This document shows, in pieces, positions 50,591 to 59,786 of a stretch of 64,000 nt of DNA (position 1 is the first letter of the stretch; each line of letters begins with the position of its first letter). The stretch comes from Acidimicrobiales bacterium (lineage in GTDB: Bacteria; Actinomycetota; Acidimicrobiia; Acidimicrobiales; VFJN01). The notes beneath the pieces were generated by a model. It had not been told where the DNA came from and searched no databases. It worked only from the letters and a program-made list of their open reading frames with translations. The stretch lies in contig JBBDWQ010000038.1 in NCBI GenBank assembly GCA_040902805.1, positions 23,941 to 87,940 of the forward strand, given 5' to 3'. Position numbers and translations under genes: made by a program.

Positions 50591-51156
50591 CGATCGTCGC
50601 TCCTGGGCGCGAACATCGGTGCATCTCGGTCCTTGAGCGAGATCTGCGCGCGGTCCTCGTCGTCGATGGCGAGTGGCCACTGGATGCCCAGACCTGGATC
50701 TAGCGGGCTGCACGCCCGTCCCCCCATGCCGGGCTGCCACTCCTTGTCGAACACGTACAGATACTGCGTCACTCCCGGTGCGACGGCCTGGAACCCGTTG
50801 GCGACGCCCCGGGGAACGAAGACCTGAACGCCAGGAACGAGCTCCGCCGTCTCGACCCCCCCATGGGTCGGCGACTCGGGGCGCATGTCCAAGTAGACGC
50901 CAAAAGCAGCTCCGGCCACCACCGCGACGAGCTTGTTCATGTCCTCAGCGTGGAGTCCCCGGACTGCGCCTCGCTTCGACTCGGTGACGTTGACCTGGAC
51001 CCATGGGCCCAGGGGCAACCCTGCGACGTCGAAGGCCGACGCTCGATAGACCTCGCGCACAGCGCCGCGCTCGTCGGCCGCTTGCTTCATCGTGAGGTGC
51101 AACAGACCGTCGATCGATCCCGGATGTACCTCGAACTCAACGAATGCCGAGGACAT
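50587..51156 (-). CDS. rmlC: dTDP-4-dehydrorhamnose 3,5-epimerase
   Basis: 189 aa cupin with RGAVRGLH...VFVPRGVANGFQ. Its stop overlaps the rmlB start (ATGA). Confidence 0.88.
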   Translation of the reverse strand: MSSAFVEFEVHPGSIDGLLHLTMKQAADERGAVREVYRASAFDVAGLPLGPWVQVNVTESKRGAVRGLHAEDMNKLVAVVAGAAFGVYLDMRPESPTHGGVETAELVPGVQVFVPRGVANGFQAVAPGVTQYLYVFDKEWQPGMGGRACSPLDPGLGIQWPLAIDDEDRAQISLKDRDAPMFAPRSDDR

Positions 51157-52058
51157 CAGGCCTGGGACCCTCCCGCCTCGAACTCGAGAACGCGCAGGAG
51201 GTTGGCCCCATAGCCGCTCTTCGCGAGGTCACCACCGTCGTCGGCCGCACTGGCCAGGGCCCGGAGCTCTGCCGCGGTGATGAAGCCCTCCCGATAGGCC
51301 GCCGACTCGGGTGCTCCGATCAGCAGACCCTTGCGACGCTGCTGTCCGGCGACCCACTGCTGCGCGTCGAGCAGAGCGTCAAAGGTCCCCACATCGAACC
51401 ACTCCGTAGAGAACGGGAGCTTCGACACATGGAGGCGTCCGTGGCGCAGATACTGACTGTTGACTTCGCTGATCTCCAGCTCACCGCGTCCGCTGGGAGT
51501 GATCGCCTTCGCGATGTCCACGACGTGGTTGTCGTAGAAGTACAGCCCGGGGATCATGTAGTTCGACGGAGGCTCTTCGGGCTTCTCGTGCACAGCGACC
51601 ACCCCCCCGGCATCGTCGAGCTCGAGCACGCCGTACCGCTCCGGGTCGGGAACCCAAAGCCCGAACACGACGGCCCCTTCAGGGTTGGTGTAGCGCTGCA
51701 GCTGCTCACCGAGGCCCACGCCATAGAAGATGTTGTCCCCCAGGATGAGAGCGACGCCGTCGCCGCCGATGAACTCCTCGCCGATCAGAAAGGCAGCTGC
51801 GATCCCGTTCGGCTCGGGTTGCGTCGCGTACGAGAACGACGCACCCCACCGGCTGCCGTCACCCAACAACCCCTCGAAGAGACCGATCTGCTCAGGCGTG
51901 GAGATCACGAGGATCTCGTTGATGCGGGCGTGCAGCAACGTCGAGATCGGGTAATACACAAGTGGCTTGTCGTACACGTGCATCAGCTGCTTCGAGGTGG
52001 CACGACTCGCGGGAGCAAGTCTCGTCGCGCGACCGCCAGCGAGCACGATCCCCTTCAT
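51156..52058 (-). CDS. rmlA: Glucose-1-phosphate thymidylyltransferase
   Basis: Part of ORF 51156-52175. ATG 52056-52058 is preceded by GAGGTGG. MKGIVLAGGRATRLAP...SKQLMHVYDKPLVYYPISTL...LGDNIFYG. Confidence 0.92.
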   Translation of the reverse strand: MKGIVLAGGRATRLAPASRATSKQLMHVYDKPLVYYPISTLLHARINEILVISTPEQIGLFEGLLGDGSRWGASFSYATQPEPNGIAAAFLIGEEFIGGDGVALILGDNIFYGVGLGEQLQRYTNPEGAVVFGLWVPDPERYGVLELDDAGGVVAVHEKPEEPPSNYMIPGLYFYDNHVVDIAKAITPSGRGELEISEVNSQYLRHGRLHVSKLPFSTEWFDVGTFDALLDAQQWVAGQQRRKGLLIGAPESAAYREGFITAAELRALASAADDGGDLAKSGYGANLLRVLEFEAGGSQA

Positions 52059-52168
52059 GGTCGCCACCTCAAGCACCCGATGACGCTGCAGGTGGCGAGG
52101 AAGGCGCTCATATAGGGAGGGATTCTGGCACGCGGCATCAAGCCGCCCAAGGGAGTGAGGCATCGACA
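52059..52168 (-). promoter_or_regulatory. Probable promoter/leader region of the rmlA-D-ugd-uxs gene string (AT-rich TATATG at 52109-52114, reverse strand)
   Basis: This is the only sizeable gap (110 bp) upstream of six tightly linked reverse-strand genes. The reverse strand has TTGATG...TATATG, but the spacing is 21 nt, which is non-canonical. Confidence 0.2.
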
Positions 52169-53608
52169 TCAGCACTGAGCGGCTTGTGGCTCCATCTCCG
52201 TCTCTCCAGCAGGAGCTGAGGTGGTCGTCGCCACCAGGGGCAGCGACGACGGCGGGGAGGGTATGACGGCCGGTTCGACGGTGGATGCTGTGGCGGGCAG
52301 TGGTGTCGAGCGCACGCCGGCGAACTGGTCGCCTGTGACCACGACGACGTCGGCCCCGAGCGAGTCGGTGACCTCATCGAGCTCGACCGGGCCAGACAGA
52401 TACCGGGCGACGAGGCTGGCCACGGACCGTCCGCCGGGCCGGTAGCGAACGACCGTGTGCGAGAACGCAAAGGTCTCGGCTTCTCCCGTGCCCGCGGCGG
52501 TGAACCCGGCCGCTACCAGCGCATCGGCGGCTCGCCCCGCCTCCCCCGGAACGCCCGAGCCGTTCAACACGCGTATTCGCACCGCCGCTGGCGTCAGCGT
52601 GGCGTGGTCGGTACCGCGGAAGAGGTCGAGGACCGGCTGGGCGTCGTCGTCGAGGAGTCGCAGGACAGCCGCGCCGCCGATCGTGTCGTTGACCACCGGC
52701 AGCGCGTACAGGTTGAGATCGGTCGGATCGAACCCCCGGAACTGCCGAGCCAGCTCAACGATCTGATCCCCAGTGAGGAGATCATCGACCGTCACCGTCT
52801 TGAGGGCTGCATCGACCAGTCGATCGAGCGTGACTGGATTGCGGATGCCGAGGTCGGCGGCACGCCGAAGGGCGCGGACGATGAAGTCCTGCTGCCGCTC
52901 GATGCGGCCCAGATCGCCCGTGGGATCGGTCCGCCACCGACCACGGTCCGCTGTCTGATAGTGGCGAGCCCGTACGTACGCCAACGCCTGATCTGGATCC
53001 AGGGTCACACATCCTGCCTGTGCCACCACCAGACCCGAATGTCGATCTCGAGCGGGCTCATCGAACCAGACGCTCACGCCATCGACGACCCGCACAAGAT
53101 CGCGAAACCCCGCGAAGTCGATCTGCACGTAGTGATTGATCGGAATGCCGAGGTACTCCTCGATCGTGTCGATGAGCTCACTGGCGCCACCGATCTGGAT
53201 GGCGGTGTTGATGCGATTGCGCCCGCCACCTGCCATTGGCACCCACAGATCCCGTGGCAGTGAGAGCAGCGCTGCGCGGCCTGCACTCGGATCAGTGCGC
53301 AACACCATGATGGTGTCGGACCTGAGCCCACCCACGTCATCGCGACCGGTCCGTGCCGGATCGTCCGCCGACAGGGTCGCGGCGCTGTCCACCCCGACGA
53401 GGAGGAAGTTCTGGGGACTCGCATCCGACGCCGGGCCCGTAAGGGACGACCTCAGCTCCACTCGTGCCAGCCGGCTGTACTTGGCGTAGGCGTAGCCCAG
53501 TCCCCCGGCGGCAACCAGCAGCGCGCACGCGAGCGCACTCGTCAGAAGCAGGATCGTCCGCTGGCCCCACGTGCGGGGAGCGCGCTGCGCCCGGCCCCCA
53601 CGGCTCAC
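52169..53608 (-). CDS. LytR-CpsA-Psr (LCP) family glycopolymer ligase with C-terminal LytR_C-like domain
   Basis: C-terminal 479 aa of ORF 52169-53998. GTG 53606-53608 overlaps the upstream TGA (GTGA). It has a TM, then NFLLVGVDS...RSDTIMVLR...LLSLPRDLWV...INHYVQIDFAGF. The C-terminus has RIRVLNGSGVPGEAG. Confidence 0.88.
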   Translation of the reverse strand: MSRGGRAQRAPRTWGQRTILLLTSALACALLVAAGGLGYAYAKYSRLARVELRSSLTGPASDASPQNFLLVGVDSAATLSADDPARTGRDDVGGLRSDTIMVLRTDPSAGRAALLSLPRDLWVPMAGGGRNRINTAIQIGGASELIDTIEEYLGIPINHYVQIDFAGFRDLVRVVDGVSVWFDEPARDRHSGLVVAQAGCVTLDPDQALAYVRARHYQTADRGRWRTDPTGDLGRIERQQDFIVRALRRAADLGIRNPVTLDRLVDAALKTVTVDDLLTGDQIVELARQFRGFDPTDLNLYALPVVNDTIGGAAVLRLLDDDAQPVLDLFRGTDHATLTPAAVRIRVLNGSGVPGEAGRAADALVAAGFTAAGTGEAETFAFSHTVVRYRPGGRSVASLVARYLSGPVELDEVTDSLGADVVVVTGDQFAGVRSTPLPATASTVEPAVIPSPPSSLPLVATTTSAPAGETEMEPQAAQC

Positions 53609-54789
53609 TGGACGGGCAGGCCGAGCTCGCGGCTGATGACCAGGCGCTGGATCTCGCTCGTACCCTCGCCGATCTCGAGGATCTTCGCATCCCGGTAGAA
53701 CCGCGCCACTGGCGTCTCGTCCATGAAGCCGTAGCCGCCGAAGATCTGCGTGGCGATGCGCGTCGCGCTGACCGCCGCTTCGGTGGTGTGAAGCTTGGCG
53801 ATGGCCGCGGCTCGCTTGTAGGGCCGGCCGGAGTCGTGCAGCCAAGCCGCCTGGTAGGTCACGAGGCGAGCCGTTTCGACCATCACGGCGAGGTCTGCCA
53901 CCTGGAAGGCCACGCCCTGGTTGGCACCGATGGGCTTCCCGAAGGCCGATCGGTCCTGGGCATACCGCACACTGTGGTCGAGGCATGCCTGGATGCAACC
54001 CACGGCCAGGGCCGAGATCGCGATGCGGCCCTCATCGAGGATCTCGAGGAACTGAGCGAACCCTCGGCCGCGTTCGCCGAGCAAGTTCGCGGCCGGAACC
54101 TTGCAGTCGGTGAAGGTGAGCCCGTGCGTGTCCGACGCGTGCCAGCCCATCTTCCGGTACGCAGGCTGCACATCGAAGCCGGGGGTGCCCGAGGGCACGA
54201 TCACGGCGCTTATCTCACCTGGATCTGTGCGGGCGGTGACCGTCACCAGTGACGTCATCTCGGTGCCCGAGTTGGTGATGAAGGCCTTTTCACCGTTCAG
54301 CACCCACTGTCCCGTGGCGTCATCCAGATGCGCTGTGGTTCGAGTGCCGCCCGCATCGCTGCCCGCTTCGGGCTCGGTGAGCCCAAAGCCCCCCAAGGTC
54401 CGGCCGGCGCACAGATCGGGAAGCCAGGTCTGCTTCTGCTCCTCGGTGCCGAACCGATGGATCGGGTTCGCCCCTAGCCCGACCCCGGCCTCGAGGGTGA
54501 CGGCAACCGAGTGGTCGACGCGGGCCAGCTCCTCGATGGCGATGCAGAGCATCGTCAGATCACCGCCACCTCCGCCGTACTCCTCGGGAAACGGGATGCC
54601 GAAAAGCCCAAGATCCCCCATCGCCCGCACAGCCTCGATCGGGAAGTGATGGTCACGATCCCAAGCTTCCGCGTGGGGGGCGATCTCCCGTTCGGCAAAA
54701 TCACGCACGACCGTGCGCAGGGCCTCTTGCTCTTCGGTGAACTCGATCTGCACGGTCCGACGAGCCTTCCTGCGAGCGGGTGACGGCAT
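53605..54789 (-). CDS. Acyl-CoA dehydrogenase
   Basis: Part of ORF 53605-55173. VQIEFTEEQEALR...GFGLTEPEAGSD...GGYGFMDETPVARFYRDAKILEIGEGTSEIQR. The start is ATG 54789 or GTG 54753. Confidence 0.9.
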   Translation of the reverse strand: MPSPARRKARRTVQIEFTEEQEALRTVVRDFAEREIAPHAEAWDRDHHFPIEAVRAMGDLGLFGIPFPEEYGGGGGDLTMLCIAIEELARVDHSVAVTLEAGVGLGANPIHRFGTEEQKQTWLPDLCAGRTLGGFGLTEPEAGSDAGGTRTTAHLDDATGQWVLNGEKAFITNSGTEMTSLVTVTARTDPGEISAVIVPSGTPGFDVQPAYRKMGWHASDTHGLTFTDCKVPAANLLGERGRGFAQFLEILDEGRIAISALAVGCIQACLDHSVRYAQDRSAFGKPIGANQGVAFQVADLAVMVETARLVTYQAAWLHDSGRPYKRAAAIAKLHTTEAAVSATRIATQIFGGYGFMDETPVARFYRDAKILEIGEGTSEIQRLVISRELGLPVQ

Positions 54790-54817
54790 GGGCCGAACCT
54801 GATCGTACGCTGCGGCC

Positions 54818-55843
54818 ATGCGCGGCTCGTTCGGTTCTGCTCCGCCCCTAGCGGTCGTGGGCGGTCGTCTGGCTACTGATCTCGTCGACCTCACCTCAGA
54901 CCTGGGGGCCTTGGACACGGTCGGCTTCTGGGCTGTCGTGCTCCCCTTCGAGGGTGATCCCATCTGCGCTCGGTTCGGCAACGTACGACCGGCGCGGCCC
55001 TGGCCGGGGCCCGCGTGGCACGGACCCGATCCAAGCGACTGGACCAGCTCGCTATCGGAATCCGGGTTTCGGGCTGGAGTCGAGGCGATTCGAGGTGCCA
55101 TCGCAGCAGGCGACGTGTACCAGGTGAACCTCACCCGTCGGCTGTCGGCACCGTTGCCGATGGGCGCGGACATCGCTGCTCTCGGCGCCGCTCTCGCCGA
55201 GGGGAACCCGGCCCCCTACAGCGCGGTCGTGCGCATCCCGAGCATCGACTGCCAGGTCGCGTCCGCGTCACCGGAACGGTTCCTCTGGCGCGACGGCGAC
55301 CTCGTCAGCTCTGCGCCGATCAAGGGCACCGCACCGGAAGCTTCCGGGCTCACCGCGAAGGACCGCGCCGAGAACATCATGATCGTCGACCTCGTGCGCA
55401 ACGACCTGGGCCGAGTGTGCGACGTCGGATCCATCGAGGTTCCGGCGCTACTCGCGGTTGAAGCCCACCCTGGCCTCGTCCACCTCGTCTCCACGGTCAC
55501 CGGCCGCCTTCGCCCGGGCGTCGGCTGGGCGGAAGCGATCGATGCCACGTTCCCGCCCGGCTCGGTGACTGGTGCCCCCAAGATCGCCGCGCTCGAGCAC
55601 ATCAAGGCCCTCGAGCCCGTCGGCCGAGGCGTGTACTGCGGCGCGGTGGGGTGGGTGGACGCCGATCGTCGTCAGGGGGATCTCAACGTCGCCATCAGGA
55701 CCTTCTGGGCCCAAGAAGGGATGCTCCACCTCGGAACCGGCGGCGGCATCACGTGGGATAGCGACCCCGCCGACGAGTGGGCCGAGACGGAGCTCAAGGC
55801 TCGCCAACTCCTGCGCGTCGCGTCAGGATCGTGGCATGCCTGA
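54818..55843 (+). CDS. pabB: Chorismate-binding enzyme, aminodeoxychorismate synthase component I-like (short form)
   Basis: 341 aa. ASPERFL...IKGTAP...ENIMIVDLVRND...PGSVTGAPK...GVYCGAVGW...GGGIT. Confidence 0.8.
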   Translation: MRGSFGSAPPLAVVGGRLATDLVDLTSDLGALDTVGFWAVVLPFEGDPICARFGNVRPARPWPGPAWHGPDPSDWTSSLSESGFRAGVEAIRGAIAAGDVYQVNLTRRLSAPLPMGADIAALGAALAEGNPAPYSAVVRIPSIDCQVASASPERFLWRDGDLVSSAPIKGTAPEASGLTAKDRAENIMIVDLVRNDLGRVCDVGSIEVPALLAVEAHPGLVHLVSTVTGRLRPGVGWAEAIDATFPPGSVTGAPKIAALEHIKALEPVGRGVYCGAVGWVDADRRQGDLNVAIRTFWAQEGMLHLGTGGGITWDSDPADEWAETELKARQLLRVASGSWHA

Positions 55844-56663
55844 GCTCGTCTGGATCAACGGTGCCGTGGTGTCCGCCGATGATGCAACCATCTCGGTGTT
55901 CGACCACGGGCTGACGGTCGGCGACGGCGTCTTCGAGACGCTCAAGGCCGTCGCCGGCGAACCATTCGCGGTGAGACGTCACCTCGAGCGGTTGCGGCGG
56001 AGCGCGTCGGCGCTCGGGCTCGAGGTTCCTGTGGGCGACCACGAGCTCCGCGCCGCCATGACCGAGGTGCTGGCCTCACACGCCCTGCCACTGGCACGCG
56101 TTCGGATCACGGTCACAGGAGGCGCCGCGCCGCTCGGCTCAGAGCGCGGACCAGCCGCAACGACGATCGTCGTCGCGGCGGGGCGCCTTGGCGAGCCAGC
56201 GGCATCGACAGCCGTGTGCGTGGCGCCTTGGCCACGGAACGAACGAGGCGCGCTCGCTGGAGTCAAGACGACGTCCTACGCCGAGAACGTGGTCGCGCTC
56301 GCCTTTGCGAAGGAGCGCGGGTGCTCCGAGTCCATCGTCGCGACCACGACCGGACTCCTGTGCGAGGGCACGGGTTCGAACGTCTTCGTCGTCGTCGATG
56401 GCGAGCTGTCCACCCCGCCCCTGTCCTCGGGGTGCCTGGCCGGGGTCACGCGCGAGCTCGTGCTCGAGATCACCGATGCGATCGAGCGGGACATCCCCAT
56501 CACGGCGTTGCTCACCGCCGAGGAGGTGTTCCTCACCTCTACCGGGCGGGACGTTCAGGCCGTCCATCAGGTCGATGACCGAACGCTACCCGGGTCCGGT
56601 CCCCACACCGCCAGAGCCCACGCTGCATTGTCGGAACTGATGACGCGCACGTTCGATCCCTGA
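55836..56663 (+). CDS. pabC: Class IV aminotransferase-fold protein, aminodeoxychorismate lyase-like
   Basis: Part of ORF 55572-56663. ATG 55836 (MPELVWINGAVVSADDATISVFDHGLTVGDGVFET) overlaps the pabB end by 8 nt. Confidence 0.75.
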   Translation: MPELVWINGAVVSADDATISVFDHGLTVGDGVFETLKAVAGEPFAVRRHLERLRRSASALGLEVPVGDHELRAAMTEVLASHALPLARVRITVTGGAAPLGSERGPAATTIVVAAGRLGEPAASTAVCVAPWPRNERGALAGVKTTSYAENVVALAFAKERGCSESIVATTTGLLCEGTGSNVFVVVDGELSTPPLSSGCLAGVTRELVLEITDAIERDIPITALLTAEEVFLTSTGRDVQAVHQVDDRTLPGSGPHTARAHAALSELMTRTFDP

Positions 56664-56677
56664 GCCGGCGGATTCGA

Positions 56678-57502
56678 TCAGCCGGGCCGCAGGTGCACCA
56701 CGTCACCCACGGCAACCTCCCGTGGGCCTTCCGAGGTGGCCACCACCAGATGACCGGAGTCGGTGAGGTCCGTAGCCGTGCCGACAAGCTCCTCATGACC
56801 GAGGTCCACCCTCACCAAGCGCCCAAGCGTGGCCGACCGTGCCCTCCAACGGTCCAGGACCGAGGCGCGGTCGCCCGCGATCAGCGTCGCGTAGTGGACG
56901 TCGAGTCGGCGGAGCATGGCGATGAGAAGGTCCTCGCGATCGACCGTCGTGGCACAGATGTGATTGCACGCCACCGCAATGTCGGCGAGGTCGTGGGGAA
57001 GGTCGGCGGGCCAGTCGACGTTGATGCCGATTCCGACGACCACGGAGACCTCGGCCGCATCCGGCGCTGTGCCGGGCCAGTCTGCCTCCGCGAGGATCCC
57101 GGCGAGCTTCCGATCGTCGACACTGCCATCGCCTGGCCACACCAGATCGTTTGGCCACTTGAGTCGAGGAACGAAGCCGCCAATCGCTTCCAGTGCTTCA
57201 GCGGCGGCGAGGGCGACGACCATCGTGCTGAGATCCATCAGGTCCACCGGCGGGCGAAACAGGATCGAGCAGAGCAGCGACGCTCCAGGCGGAGCGCTCC
57301 AAGTCCGGCCGGCTCGACCTCGACCCGCCGTCTGGTGGTCGGCGACCAGGACCACTCCTTCGGGAGCTCCCGCCCGCGCGAGAGCCATGAGGTCTGCATT
57401 CGTGGACTCGGTCTCCGCCACCCAGCGCACGTCGACGAAGCGAGCGCCAGGGTCGCCTCCGAGGGTTGATCTGGCACGTCCACCCGACACGCAAGTAACC
57501 AT
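56678..57502 (-). CDS. birA: Biotin--[acetyl-CoA-carboxylase] ligase (class I, no N-terminal HTH)
   Basis: ETESTNADL...GRGRAGRTW (BPL signature). 274 aa. The ATG 57500-57502 start leaves about 30 aa before the ETESTN strand, as in mycobacterial BirA from memory. Confidence 0.88.
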   Translation of the reverse strand: MVTCVSGGRARSTLGGDPGARFVDVRWVAETESTNADLMALARAGAPEGVVLVADHQTAGRGRAGRTWSAPPGASLLCSILFRPPVDLMDLSTMVVALAAAEALEAIGGFVPRLKWPNDLVWPGDGSVDDRKLAGILAEADWPGTAPDAAEVSVVVGIGINVDWPADLPHDLADIAVACNHICATTVDREDLLIAMLRRLDVHYATLIAGDRASVLDRWRARSATLGRLVRVDLGHEELVGTATDLTDSGHLVVATSEGPREVAVGDVVHLRPG

Positions 57503-57507
57503 ATGGC

Positions 57508-59271
57508 GTGCTCACCAAGGTCCTCATCGCCAATCGGGGCGAAATCGCCGTCCGAGTCATCCGCGCCTGCAAGGAGATGGGAATCTCCACGGTGGCCGTC
57601 TACTCCGACCTCGATCGCAACGCCCTGCACGTCCGTCTGGCCGACGAGGCCTACTCGCTCGGGGGGCAGACCGCAGCCGAGAGCTACCTGAACACCGAAC
57701 GCATCCTCGAGGTCATCGAGCAGTCCGGGGCCGACGCAGTGCATCCCGGGTACGGATTCTTCTCGGAGAACACCGAGTTCGCTCGCGCTATCACGGAGCG
57801 CGGGGTCACGTTCATCGGCCCGCCGCCCGAGGCCATCGAGGTCATGGGCGACAAGGTGTCGAGCCGCATCGCGGCCCAAGCCGCCGGCGTCGCTGGCGTG
57901 CCGGGCACCACGGAGTTCCTCACGTCTGCCGACGAGGTCATCGCGTTCGGGGAGGAGTTCGGCTGGCCCATCGCCATCAAGGCCGCCTACGGCGGCGGGG
58001 GTCGCGGCATGCGCGTGGTGGCGTCGGCAGACGAGGCCGCCAGCGCCCTTGACTCGGCGCAGTCTGAGGCGCTCAAGGGATTCGGCCGTGCAGAGTGCTA
58101 CGTGGAGCGCTACCTGACTTGGCCACGCCATGTAGAGATGCAGATCGTCGGCGACACGCACGGAAACGTCGTGTGGATCGGTGAGCGCGACTGCTCGGTC
58201 CAGCGCCGGCACCAGAAGCTGGTGGAGGAGAGCCCCGCTCCCGCGTTCCCGGCCGAAACCCGTCAGGCGATGGGTGAGGCCGCGGTGAAGGTGGCCAAGG
58301 CGTGCGGGTACTACAACGCTGGCACCGTCGAGTTCCTCTATCAGGACGGCGAGTTCTGGTTCCTCGAGATGAACACCCGGCTGCAGGTCGAGCATCCAGT
58401 CACCGAGCTCGTGTCGAGCATCGACTTGGTCCGGGAACAGATCCTCGTGGCGTCCGGCGAGCCCCTGTCGTTCACCCAGGACGACATCCGGCTGCAAGGG
58501 CACGCGATCGAGGTCAGGATCAACGCGGAGGACCCGGCGGAGGGCAAGTTCCTCCCCTCGCCCGGCACGATCGGTGAGCTCGTCCCTCCGGACGGGTTCG
58601 GCGTGCGATGGGATGGAGGCTACGAATCCGGCGACGAGGTCAGCCAGTACTACGACAACCTCGTCGGCAAGCTCATTGTGTGGGGTCGGGATCGTCCGAC
58701 AGCGATTGCTCGCATGCTCCGGGCGCTTGGCGAGATGCGCATATCGGGGATCGCCACGACGATCCCTGCGGACCTTGCGATTCTCGGACACGCGGACTTC
58801 GCCGCTGCGGAGCACTCAACGAGATGGGTCGAGACCAAGCTCGACCTCACCGGCGTACGGGCCACGCAGTCGCCCTCCGCCGGAGCCGACGAGCAAGACA
58901 AGGTCCAGCGAGACGTGGATGTCGAGATCAACGGCAAGCGGTTCGCCGTAAAGCTGTGGATGCCTGACGTGCCGATCGCAGTGAGCGGCGCGACGGCTGG
59001 GGCGGCAAGTCCCAGGCCACGCCGAGCGGCGGCCGGGGGCAGCGGGGCCAGCGTCGGCAGCGGAAAGGTGACCGTGCCGATGCAGGGAACCATCGTCAAG
59101 CTGCTCGTGGTCGTGGGCGACGCCGTCGAGGCGGGTCAGCCCGTGTGCGTGCTCGAAGCCATGAAGATGGAGAACAACATCGCGGCCGACAAAGCCGGCA
59201 CCATCACCGAGGTCAAGGTCGAGACGGGACAGTCGGTCGGTGCCGGCGACGTGGTTGTCGTCATCGAGTAG
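57508..59271 (+). CDS. accA: Acyl-CoA carboxylase alpha subunit (biotin carboxylase + BCCP)
   Basis: The GTG 57508 start is forced by the conserved N-terminus LTKVLIANRGEIAVRVIRA. It has an ATP-grasp core and the C-terminal biotinylation motif CVLEAMKMEN. Confidence 0.93.
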   Translation: MLTKVLIANRGEIAVRVIRACKEMGISTVAVYSDLDRNALHVRLADEAYSLGGQTAAESYLNTERILEVIEQSGADAVHPGYGFFSENTEFARAITERGVTFIGPPPEAIEVMGDKVSSRIAAQAAGVAGVPGTTEFLTSADEVIAFGEEFGWPIAIKAAYGGGGRGMRVVASADEAASALDSAQSEALKGFGRAECYVERYLTWPRHVEMQIVGDTHGNVVWIGERDCSVQRRHQKLVEESPAPAFPAETRQAMGEAAVKVAKACGYYNAGTVEFLYQDGEFWFLEMNTRLQVEHPVTELVSSIDLVREQILVASGEPLSFTQDDIRLQGHAIEVRINAEDPAEGKFLPSPGTIGELVPPDGFGVRWDGGYESGDEVSQYYDNLVGKLIVWGRDRPTAIARMLRALGEMRISGIATTIPADLAILGHADFAAAEHSTRWVETKLDLTGVRATQSPSAGADEQDKVQRDVDVEINGKRFAVKLWMPDVPIAVSGATAGAASPRPRRAAAGGSGASVGSGKVTVPMQGTIVKLLVVVGDAVEAGQPVCVLEAMKMENNIAADKAGTITEVKVETGQSVGAGDVVVVIE

Positions 59272-59782
59272 CGCGGCCGGCGGTCAGCGCACGAGGCAGA
59301 TCGACGTAGGCGGCGTAGAGCAAGTAGAGCGACGCCGCCGAGATGATGGCGACAACTGCTCCTTGTCCTGGGTGATCGACCAGCTCATCGAGCACCACGC
59401 CGGAGGAGGCCGAGGCGGCCGCGGCCACCGTTGCCAGGACGACGTTGAGCGCCACATGGCTGGGGTGCGGGGGCGTTTCGTCGCGACCGAAGCAGCCGCA
59501 GGAGCCGATCATCGTTCCCTTGCGGAGTGCCGCGATCACGAAGCCTGCTAACCCCAGGTAGCTCACCGCGACGAGCCACCAGGTCACGCGGCCTCCCACG
59601 GCGATGGCGGCCACACCCAGGACGAGCTCGGCGGCCGCGCCGGCCCGCACCGCAAGCGGTCCCAGCGGCAGGCCCAGTGCGCGGAGCGCACCGACCGTCA
59701 TCGTCGGGTCCAGCAGCTTCTGTGCCCCAGCGAGGGCCAGGAGAGCGGCAACCACCAAGGCGGGACCAGTGATCGCGGGCAT
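59261..59782 (-). CDS. MauE/DoxX-like membrane protein
   Basis: 173 aa, about 4-5 TMs, with an SCGCFG motif typical of MauE as I remember it. Its 3' end overlaps the accA 3' end by 11 nt. Confidence 0.65.
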   Translation of the reverse strand: MPAITGPALVVAALLALAGAQKLLDPTMTVGALRALGLPLGPLAVRAGAAAELVLGVAAIAVGGRVTWWLVAVSYLGLAGFVIAALRKGTMIGSCGCFGRDETPPHPSHVALNVVLATVAAAASASSGVVLDELVDHPGQGAVVAIISAASLYLLYAAYVDLPRALTAGRATR

Positions 59783-59786
59783 GGTC

